From Candidatus Versatilivorator sp. (GTDB lineage Bacteria > Acidobacteriota > Terriglobia > Versatilivoradales > Versatilivoraceae), in contig OZ242296.1 of NCBI GenBank assembly GCA_965207735.1, forward strand, positions 3,200,001-3,264,000: DNA of 64,000 nucleotides, given 5' to 3'. Of this stretch, positions 28,834 through 36,931 are shown piece after piece. Both the position numbers and the translations under genes were made by a program. Position 1 is the first letter of the stretch; every line of letters starts with the position of its first letter. The notes beneath the pieces are model-generated. The model saw nothing but the letters and a program-made list of their open reading frames with translations. It was not told the DNA's origin and did not search any database.

Positions 28834-29865
28834 ATGGCAATGCTGCGTATGTTGGGATTGATGTTGGCTCTTGTCCTGGCGACCGGGGCCAACAAGATTT
28901 CCGGTACGCCCCCATCGCCTTCAGGCCCCGGTGCACCACTTACCGACCTGCCCCGGGGGATCACCAGTTTCGGCGCCGCGGTGATCGGCGACTGGCTGTA
29001 TGTTTACGGGGGTCATTTCGGACGGCCCCACCATTATTCCAACACCAGTCAATCCGACGAGTTGAGCCGTTTGAATCTCAGTCGACCGGCGGACTGGGAA
29101 ACCATCGCCAAGGGTCCGCGTCTGCAAGGTCTGGCCATGGTAGCCCACGGCGGCAAGCTCTACCGCGTCGGCGGATTCACGGCGCACAACGAAGAGGACG
29201 ACGACCACGACCTGCGCTCGGTGGCCGATTTCGTCCGATTCCATCCGGAAACGGGGAAGTGGGAGTCGCTGCCGTCCCTGCCGGAGCCACGGTCCTCTCA
29301 TGACGCCGTTTTGATCGGGGATAAACTTTACGTTGCCGGCGGCTGGCGCCTGGGCGGTGAAGATCCCGAATGGCACCAGACGGCCTGGGTAACCGATCTT
29401 TCCAAGGAGAAAATCGTCTGGGAATCACTTTCCGAGCCGCCTTTCCTGCGGCGAGCGGTTTCCCTGGGACGCCGGAACGGCAAGCTGTACGTCATCGGCG
29501 GTATGCAAAAGAAGGGCGGGCCGACCACCAGGGTGGATGTCTACGACCCGGCTAGCGGCCAGTGGTCCCAGGCGCCGAGCCTGATCGATCCCAAAGCCGA
29601 CGCCGACCGCGGCAAGGGGATGGAGGGCTTCGGTTCCTCGGCCTTCACGGTCGGCGGTCGCCTGTTCGTCAGCACCTACGGTGGCAATGTCCAGGTGCTG
29701 GACGGCGAAAACGGTGCCTGGCATATCTCGGCCAAGCTTGAGGACGACCGCTTCTTCCACCGCATGCTGCCGTACAACGGCCGCTTGCTGCTGGTGGGTG
29801 GGGCCAGCATGCGTGCCGGCAAGCGTCTTCATTTCGAAACGGTCGGGCTGTCCAGCCTGAAGTGA
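28834..29865 (+). CDS. Secreted Kelch-repeat beta-propeller protein
   Basis: ATG 28834 follows GGAGGT; signal peptide; Kelch motifs LYVYGG, LYRVGG, LYVAGG, LYVIGG and LLLVGG with downstream Trp residues. Confidence 0.9.
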   Translation: MAMLRMLGLMLALVLATGANKISGTPPSPSGPGAPLTDLPRGITSFGAAVIGDWLYVYGGHFGRPHHYSNTSQSDELSRLNLSRPADWETIAKGPRLQGLAMVAHGGKLYRVGGFTAHNEEDDDHDLRSVADFVRFHPETGKWESLPSLPEPRSSHDAVLIGDKLYVAGGWRLGGEDPEWHQTAWVTDLSKEKIVWESLSEPPFLRRAVSLGRRNGKLYVIGGMQKKGGPTTRVDVYDPASGQWSQAPSLIDPKADADRGKGMEGFGSSAFTVGGRLFVSTYGGNVQVLDGENGAWHISAKLEDDRFFHRMLPYNGRLLLVGGASMRAGKRLHFETVGLSSLK

Positions 29866-29962
29866 CCGGCGACACGCCATCCGACATCCATAGTCACTTT
29901 GATCGCCGAATCCGCTTGAGGCATAATGAATCCGGGAGTTGAGCCCTGTCGGTCCCGGAGAC

Positions 29963-31807
29963 ATGACCCTCGTTAACTGGCGAATTCAGATCCTGGCCGT
30001 GATGGCCTTACTGATCCCTGCGACTTCCAAGGGGTCGGAACCGCAAGCCCTCTCCATCGCCCCACTGGGCGGCCAGCGCGGTGCCCGTCTCGAGGCCATC
30101 CTGCGGGGCCGGTCCCTCCAGGGGGCTTATGCCGTCCGGTTCGATCGGGAGGGCGTGACCGCCACGGTCGAGCGTGTCGAAGAACTGGCGCGCGCAAGCG
30201 ACGGCGACCCATCGGACAAGTCCCCCAAAGCTCAGAAGCTGACCCTGGGTCTGCGGATCGACCCCTCGGCCGGGATCGGTCGCTACCAGTTCAGGGTCGT
30301 CTCGCCGCAGGGCGTTTCGGGGCCGCTGGCGTTTCTGGTTCACGACCTGCCTTCGGTGGCCGAGAGCAACCCGTCCTCGGGCCAAGCTCCCAGCCCCCAA
30401 GCAGTCGACTTCCCCTGCGCCATTGACGGAGCCATCAGCCGTCCCGGAGAGAGGGACCTCTACGCCGTGCGGGCCGCCCACGGCCGGCAACTCCGCTTCG
30501 AGCTGATCTCCAATCCGTCCGGAACATCCATGGGGGGACGCGCCGGCTACAGGGGCGGCTTCGACTCGGTGCTGACGCTCTACAGGCCACGGGGGAGCTG
30601 GTTCGAGGAGGCCCGCCTCCATCGGCTGGCCTATGACGACAAGTCCAAGGCCACCCCCCGGCCCAATCCGCTTATCCAAGCCCGGCTTCGCCAACCCGGC
30701 CTCTACCTGCTGGAAGTGGGGTCCTTCTACAATCTCGGCGGCGCCGAATTCAGCTACCAGCTCCGGGTCACCCCCAACGGCCCGGCGACTCCGGACCGGC
30801 CATCAGCCACCGCCAACGGATCCGGACCGGAACCCTGGCGGGAAAGGAGCTTCGCCCGCCCCATCCGGCCGGATCACATCCGACGGATCCTGGCCAGGAC
30901 GGTGGAGAAAGGTGCCGGGGCGGAGGCAGACTCTGCGGACAACGGCGGGCCTCGCCAGGAGGAGGGGATCAATTCCGGTCCGACCGCCTACTCGATCATC
31001 GGGGAGCAGGAACCCAACGACGGCGCCGGTCCGCTTCCGGAGGCGACTCTCCCTTTCCTGGTGGAGGGCGCCATCGACCGGCCCGGCGACCTGGACAGGC
31101 TGGTTTCCTTCCGGGTCCAACCCGGCCGGAAGCTCAGCTTCGAGCTGGAGACACCCGAGGCGAGTCTGCCCGACTTCAACCCACGCTGGGCCGTTTTGGA
31201 TCAAGCCGGGAAGGTGGTTCTGAGCAACGTCTACCGGCGTGTGGTCCGCCAGGCCCTCTCCTACAGCAAGACCATCGAACCAAAGACGATTCACACCTTC
31301 CTGCGGGGAGGAACCTACAACCTGCGGGTCCACGACACCACCCGGCGGAACGGGGCTTCCAACTTCCGCTACCGCTTGCTGGTGAGGCCCCAGATTCCCC
31401 ACGCCGGGGAACTCAGGGTCCAGGAGGACCGGCTCAACCTGGTTCCGGGCGAGGCCGGCAAGCTGACCGTCACCACGGGACAGGAGGAAGGGTTTACCGG
31501 TCAGATTCTCCTCCATGTCGAAGGTCAGCCGCCGGGCGTGCAGGCCTTTCCCAGCACCGACTATCAGCCGGAGACACCGCCTAACCTGGATCAGGGCCCC
31601 AAGGAACGGTATATGCCGCAACAGGGAGCCACCTCGGTCATGATCGTGGCCGCTGAAGACGCTCCGGCTACGCGCATGCCCCATATCCTTCGCATCCGGG
31701 CTCGGCCCGTGGTTTCGGGGAAGATAGGGCCGCTTCTGCCCGTGGGGAAGGTGCACCTGATGGTCCTGGAAGGAAATCGCCGCCAGGCGGCCGCCAATTC
31801 GCCCTGA
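29963..31807 (+). CDS. Secreted PPC (pre-peptidase C-terminal)-like domain protein of DUF1549/DUF1501 loci
   Basis: Signal peptide; PLGGQRG, GAISRPGERDLY, EQEPND, GAIDRPGDLD and YRLLVRP motifs; no catalytic motif seen. Confidence 0.8.
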   Translation: MTLVNWRIQILAVMALLIPATSKGSEPQALSIAPLGGQRGARLEAILRGRSLQGAYAVRFDREGVTATVERVEELARASDGDPSDKSPKAQKLTLGLRIDPSAGIGRYQFRVVSPQGVSGPLAFLVHDLPSVAESNPSSGQAPSPQAVDFPCAIDGAISRPGERDLYAVRAAHGRQLRFELISNPSGTSMGGRAGYRGGFDSVLTLYRPRGSWFEEARLHRLAYDDKSKATPRPNPLIQARLRQPGLYLLEVGSFYNLGGAEFSYQLRVTPNGPATPDRPSATANGSGPEPWRERSFARPIRPDHIRRILARTVEKGAGAEADSADNGGPRQEEGINSGPTAYSIIGEQEPNDGAGPLPEATLPFLVEGAIDRPGDLDRLVSFRVQPGRKLSFELETPEASLPDFNPRWAVLDQAGKVVLSNVYRRVVRQALSYSKTIEPKTIHTFLRGGTYNLRVHDTTRRNGASNFRYRLLVRPQIPHAGELRVQEDRLNLVPGEAGKLTVTTGQEEGFTGQILLHVEGQPPGVQAFPSTDYQPETPPNLDQGPKERYMPQQGATSVMIVAAEDAPATRMPHILRIRARPVVSGKIGPLLPVGKVHLMVLEGNRRQAAANSP

Positions 31808-31836
31808 ACGGGCCGGGCGTTAGCCGATACGATCCC

Positions 31837-34425
31837 ATGAATGCTTCCCGCCGCGAAAAACGACACCACCGCAGAGGTCAGCCGGCCCTCCAACTGGCTT
31901 TGCTCGCACTGGTGCTGGCGGCCGGGCAGCCAAGCCATGCCCAAGAGCAAGCGGCCGACTCCGGCCAGGCACCGGGCGCCCCTGCCGCCACAGCCGTCCC
32001 CAAGCTTCTGTCCCTGAGCCTTCACCCCCGGACCGTCACCCTGCGGAGGCAGGGGGCTTTCCAACAGTTTCTGCTCACCGGCACTTACAGCGATGGGGTG
32101 GACCGGGACCTCTCCAGGCAGGCCCGCTTCTCCCTGTCGGATCCCCGTAGGGCGCGGGTGGATGGCCGGGGTCGGATGGTTGCCCTGGCCGGCGGCCAGG
32201 TTCGGTTGACCGCCGAATTCGGCGGCCGCTCGGCGGAGAGCACCATACGCGTCCAGGCCTCCGCCAGGACCCGCGCCCCCAGCTTCGCCCTGGATCTGGA
32301 GGGAATCTTCACCCGGCAAGGCTGCAACGACAGCCATTGCCACGGCAGCGTCAAGGGCCGCGGTGGGTTCAAGCTCTCCAGCCAGGCCGGCAATCCCCGG
32401 GAGGACCACCGCTGGATCGTGCGGGGCGGAACCTTCCAGATCTACAGCCTGGAGTCGGCCGGTCCCGAGACTCCCCGAATTTCGCCGGAGGCGCCCGAGG
32501 AGAGCCTGCTCCTGTTGAAGCCGACCCTGCAAGTGCCCCACGGAGGCGGCCGGCGGCTGGATCCAGCCGGACCCGAGTATCGAGCCCTGCTTCAATGGAT
32601 TCGCCAGGGAGCGCTCTACGGAAATGGCGGCGTGGAGATTGTCCGCCTGGAGGTCATACCCCGGCAGATGGTGCTGGAGCGGGAGCGAAGCCAACAACTG
32701 GTCGTCACCGCCTGGCTCTCCGACGGCAGCCGAGAGGATTTCACCCGCCGGGTGCATTACCAATCGACTGCCGACAAGGTGGTCGAGGTGGGTGAAGACG
32801 GCCTGATCCGGGCGCGGGAACCCGGCGAGGCCACCGTCCTGGTGCAGGCGCCGCGCCTGGCGGCCCGAGTCTCCCTGGGGGTGGTGAGCAGGATCCTCGA
32901 GGAATTTCCCCGGGAGACCCCCCGGAACTTCATCGACGAAGAGGTCCGGCAAAAGCTGCGCCGCCTCAGCATTCTGCCCTCGGAACGCTCCGGCGACCCG
33001 GAATTCCTGAGGCGGGTCTGCCTGGACCTGACGGGAACCCTGCCCCCTCCCCGCCGGGTGCGGGAGTTTCTGGAGAGCCGCGATCCGGGCAAGCGGGACC
33101 GCCTGATCGCCACCCTCCTCAATTCTCCTGAGTACATCGACTACTGGACCTTTCGCCTGGCCGATCTGTTCCGCGTCTCCCATGAGCAGGGCGGCCGGGA
33201 GAAGGTCAAGATCTACTGGGAGTGGATCCGGGACTCCATTGCCCGCAACAAGCCCTTCGACCAGGTGGCGCGGGAGCGCATGGCCGGCCAGGGGTACAAC
33301 GGCCCCACTCGCCATCTCTGGGGAGCCGACGAGATTCGTCTCCCCCAGGACGTCATGACCGAGCAGGCCCGGGTGTTCCTGGGCCGGCGGCTGGACTGCG
33401 CCCAGTGTCACGACCACCCCTTCGACTCCTGGACCCAGGACCAGTTCTGGGGCTTGACGGGTTTCTTCAAGAACCTGACCTATTTCTGGACCACCATGGC
33501 TGCCGTGGACGATCCCATCGGGCACGAGGAGTTCGGGGCAGACAGCCGCCTGCTCCATCCCCGCACCAGGCGGGAGGTGGAAGCCGTCTACCCCGACGGC
33601 AGGCCTCTGCCGGTAGAGGAAAGGACAGATCCCCGGCCGCGACTGGCCGACTGGTTCACATCATCGGAGGAGTTGTTCTTCGAAGAGGCCATCGTGAACC
33701 GGGTCTGGAGCTACTTCTTCGGACGAGGGATCGTCGATCCGGTGGACGATTTTCGCCTCACCAACCCGCCCAGCCATCCTGAGCTGTTGAGGAAGCTGGC
33801 CCATTTTTTCCGCTCCAGCGGCTACGACGTCAAGCGCCTGATCCGGCTGATCGTGCAGTCCAACGCCTACCAGCGCTCGGGCCGGCCCAACCCCACCAAC
33901 CGGAGAGACGGCCTCAACTACTCCCGCGCCCTGCCCAGGAGTCTGGACGCTGAAATCCTGCTGGACATGATCTGCCAGATCACCGGTATCCCCGAGGTCT
34001 TCGAGGGGAAGGACGAGCGGGAATACGGCGGCCGCCAGCCGGCGGGCACGCGAGCCATGAACATCGTCCATCCGGACCTCCACCCCTCTCGTTTTCTGGA
34101 TATCTACGGGCGGCCCAGTCGGACGGCGGTGCCCGAACGCAAGGGCGGTGCCAGTCTGGCCCAGGCCCTCCACATGCTGGCCGGCCCGACGTATTCCGAC
34201 AAGCTGGCGCAAAAGGGAGGCCGCATTGATCGCCTGTTGAACTCAGCGACTATCGACAGGGAGATCGTGGAGGAATTCTACCTGGCCGCCCTGTCACGCT
34301 TTCCCACGCCGGAGGAGACCAGTCAACTGGTTCGGATGGTCGGGGCGCGCCCTTCGCGAAAGCAGGCTCTGGAGGATCTTCTCTGGGGGGTGATCGCCTC
34401 CCGCGAGTTCGCTTATAATCACTAG
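31837..34425 (+). CDS. DUF1549/DUF1553 protein with Ig-like (Big_2) domains
   Basis: GTYSDGVDRDL, GCNDSHCHG, FLRRVCLDLTG, CAQCHDHPF, VNRVWSYFFGRGIVDPVDD and PSHPELL. Confidence 0.92.
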   Translation: MNASRREKRHHRRGQPALQLALLALVLAAGQPSHAQEQAADSGQAPGAPAATAVPKLLSLSLHPRTVTLRRQGAFQQFLLTGTYSDGVDRDLSRQARFSLSDPRRARVDGRGRMVALAGGQVRLTAEFGGRSAESTIRVQASARTRAPSFALDLEGIFTRQGCNDSHCHGSVKGRGGFKLSSQAGNPREDHRWIVRGGTFQIYSLESAGPETPRISPEAPEESLLLLKPTLQVPHGGGRRLDPAGPEYRALLQWIRQGALYGNGGVEIVRLEVIPRQMVLERERSQQLVVTAWLSDGSREDFTRRVHYQSTADKVVEVGEDGLIRAREPGEATVLVQAPRLAARVSLGVVSRILEEFPRETPRNFIDEEVRQKLRRLSILPSERSGDPEFLRRVCLDLTGTLPPPRRVREFLESRDPGKRDRLIATLLNSPEYIDYWTFRLADLFRVSHEQGGREKVKIYWEWIRDSIARNKPFDQVARERMAGQGYNGPTRHLWGADEIRLPQDVMTEQARVFLGRRLDCAQCHDHPFDSWTQDQFWGLTGFFKNLTYFWTTMAAVDDPIGHEEFGADSRLLHPRTRREVEAVYPDGRPLPVEERTDPRPRLADWFTSSEELFFEEAIVNRVWSYFFGRGIVDPVDDFRLTNPPSHPELLRKLAHFFRSSGYDVKRLIRLIVQSNAYQRSGRPNPTNRRDGLNYSRALPRSLDAEILLDMICQITGIPEVFEGKDEREYGGRQPAGTRAMNIVHPDLHPSRFLDIYGRPSRTAVPERKGGASLAQALHMLAGPTYSDKLAQKGGRIDRLLNSATIDREIVEEFYLAALSRFPTPEETSQLVRMVGARPSRKQALEDLLWGVIASREFAYNH

Positions 34426-34435
34426 GAAAGAGACG

Positions 34436-34645
34436 ATGGGCAGCAAGCACAAAGCAAATGACCCGGTCGCTCATCATGTAGGACTCGGCATCGCTATTGG
34501 TGCGGCTATTGGCGCCGCTTTGGACGAGATTGGGACTGGTGTGGCACTAGGTCTGGCCATCGGCGCTGGTATCGGTACGTGGTTAAAGAAGAAGCAGGAT
34601 ACAGATAGCCGGCCCGCGGAAGGCGAAAGTGAAATCGACCTCTAA
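34436..34645 (+). CDS. Small glycine-zipper membrane protein
   Basis: GLGIAIGAAIGAA...GVALGLAIGAGIG (GxxxG repeats); fills the gap between two co-oriented genes. Confidence 0.7.
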   Translation: MGSKHKANDPVAHHVGLGIAIGAAIGAALDEIGTGVALGLAIGAGIGTWLKKKQDTDSRPAEGESEIDL

Positions 34646-35969
34646 TTCCTGTTTGAACGGGATCCACCTCACTCGCAGGGGCTTCCTGCGCGCGGGCTCA
34701 TTGGGTCTCTTCGGGCTCAGCCTGAGCCGCTATCTGCATCTCCAGCACCTGATGGCCTCCTCCGACTCCCCGGCGAAGCCGGCCGCCAAGGCCCAGGCCT
34801 GCATCCTGCTGTGGCTGGAGGGCGGTCCCAGCCAGGTCGACACCTTCGATCCCAAGCCCAACAGCGCCTTTGCACCGATTTCGACCAACGTCCCCGGCAT
34901 CCGGATCTCCGAGCTGCTGCCCCGGGTGGCCCGGCAGATGGACAAGCTGGCCGTTATCCGCTCGATGTATACCGAGGAGATCGATCACCAGCAGGCGACC
35001 TACTACGCAATCACCGGGCACCGTCCCAACTCGGCCCTGGAGTCTCCCAGCCTGGGCTCCATCATCGCCAGAGAGCTCAGTTCGCGCCGCAACATGCCCC
35101 CCTACGTGATCGCACCGCCCATCGATCGACCCTACCTGAACTACTTCAACGCCGGTTTCATCGGCGCGCGCTACCAGCCCATGGTGGTCCCCGATCCCGC
35201 CCAAGAAGACTTTCAGGTTCCCGACCTGGTGCTTCCCAAGGAGATCGGCATGGACCGGGTGTCCCACCGCCGCTCCTTTCTGGAGGTGGTCGACCGCCTC
35301 TATCGCAGCCAGGAGCAGAAGGCCGAGTTCGCGGCCCTGGACGACTTCAGGCAGCAGGCCTTGACCATCCTCGCATCCCCGCGGGTCCGGCAGGCCTTCG
35401 ATCTGTCACAGGAATCGGAGAAAACCCGGGACGAGTACGGACGCCACCGTTTCGGCCAAAGCGTGCTGCTGGCGCGCCGGCTGATCGAAGGCGGCTGCCG
35501 CTTTGCCACGGCCGCCGGATATGACATGACCGAGTGGGACCTCTGCCACGTGGAGAACGACAAGTACAATCGGGACCTGTTGGCTCCTCCTTTCGATCAG
35601 GCTCTGTCCGCCCTGATGAAAGACCTGGACCAACGGGGACTGCTGGAATCAACTCTGGTTGTGGCCATGGGCGAGTTCGGCAGAACTCCCCATGTCAATC
35701 CCCGCGGCGGCCGGGACCACTGGCCCCACTGCTGGTCGATGGTGTTGGGCGGCGGGGGGATTCAAGGGGGGCAGGTGATCGGCGCCAGCGACGAACGAGG
35801 GGCGCGGGTCGCAGACCGCATGGTGACAATCGGGGACTTGTTCGCCACCGTCTACAAGGCGCTGGGGATCGACTGGACCACGGAGTACATGACCCCCATC
35901 CAGCGTCCCGTCAAGATCGCCAACTCCATCGGCGGAGAGAGCGGCCTGCCCATCGAGGGCTTGATCTGA
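34629..35969 (+). CDS. DUF1501 domain protein with Tat-like signal
   Basis: TRRGFL; GGPSQVDTFDPKP, LARRLIEGG, GEFGRTP and GRDHW. Confidence 0.93.
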   Translation: MKSTSNSCLNGIHLTRRGFLRAGSLGLFGLSLSRYLHLQHLMASSDSPAKPAAKAQACILLWLEGGPSQVDTFDPKPNSAFAPISTNVPGIRISELLPRVARQMDKLAVIRSMYTEEIDHQQATYYAITGHRPNSALESPSLGSIIARELSSRRNMPPYVIAPPIDRPYLNYFNAGFIGARYQPMVVPDPAQEDFQVPDLVLPKEIGMDRVSHRRSFLEVVDRLYRSQEQKAEFAALDDFRQQALTILASPRVRQAFDLSQESEKTRDEYGRHRFGQSVLLARRLIEGGCRFATAAGYDMTEWDLCHVENDKYNRDLLAPPFDQALSALMKDLDQRGLLESTLVVAMGEFGRTPHVNPRGGRDHWPHCWSMVLGGGGIQGGQVIGASDERGARVADRMVTIGDLFATVYKALGIDWTTEYMTPIQRPVKIANSIGGESGLPIEGLI

Positions 35970-35981
35970 ACCGGCCCGTCC

Positions 35982-36815
35982 GGCTTGTCTGAAACAACCG
36001 ACAAAAGACTTATCCACGAAGGGGCACGAAGAACGACGAAGGGACACTAAGGCGCTGAGGTTAACCGCAACGGGGTACCAAGCTCGCGAAAGGATGGTCG
36101 ATTTCCGATTGTTTCACTCCCGAATGATCCGCCCACCAGGGCGGGGGCCGGACTTTTAAGTAATTGATTATCCCCGGGCGAACGCCCGGGCGACCCATTG
36201 AGCCGCGGAGCGGCGGCAGCAGGTAGCCGTGGGCGTGAGCCCATGGAAAGGGGTAGCTCCACGTCGAGCCGCGAAGGCGGCGGCAGCAGAGGGCCGAAAG
36301 CGCGAGGCCCCGGAGACCGGCTCTCCTGAAACAATAGAAAAAAGAGTTATCCACTAAGGCCGACCAAGGGCCACTAAGGCGTTGAGGTGAACCGCGACGG
36401 GGTACCAAGCTCGCGAAAGGATGGTCGATTTCCGATTGTTTCACTCCCGAATGATCCGCCCACCAGGGCGGGGGCCGGACTTTTAAGTAATTGATTATCC
36501 CCGGGCGAACGCCCGGGCGACCCATTGAGCCGCGGAGCGGCGGCAGCAGGTAGCCGTGGGCGTGAGCCCATGGATAGGGGTAGCTCCACGTCGAGCCGCG
36601 AAGGCGGCGGCAGCAGAGGGCCGAAAGCGCGAGGCCCCGGAGACCGGCTCTCCTGAAACAATAGAAAAAAGAGTTATCCACTAAGGCCGACCAAGGGCCA
36701 CTAAGGCGTTGAGGTGAACCGCGACGGGGTACCAAGCTCGCGAAAGGATGGTCGATTTCCGATTGTTTCACTCTCGGATGATCTGCCCGGCAGGGCAGGA
36801 GCCCGGCTTACCTGA
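35982..36815 (+). repeat. Tandem array of about 2.5 composite units (module A plus REP type 3 doublet), 327-bp period
   Basis: CTGAAACAA anchors at 35989, 36326 and 36653. Most of 36045-36772 is duplicated almost identically at +327. Confidence 0.95.
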
Positions 36816-36842
36816 GAATCTGCTGCTTAAGCCGGCTTCCTT

Positions 36843-36931
36843 GAGAGCGGCGAAGCCGCGCCAGCACTTAGCCGTGGGCGTCAGCCCATGGGAAGCGTCG
36901 CCTATGGGTGTCGAGCCGCGTAGGCGGCGAC
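36843..36931 (+). repeat. REP type 3 doublet; its last unit abuts the integrative element
   Basis: GAGCGGCGAAGCCGCGCCAGC..TAGCCGTGGGCGTCAGCCCATGG...GAGCCGCGTAGGCGGCGAC; same layout as 36200-36290. Confidence 0.8.

Noticed and set aside
36047-36771. ORFs of 95 and 236 aa in the tandem repeat
   Set aside because: They are translations of repeat DNA kept open by a period divisible by 3; no protein motifs.
35982-36815. CRISPR array
   Set aside because: The period is 327 bp, the intervening sequence is duplicated rather than unique, and there are no cas genes.
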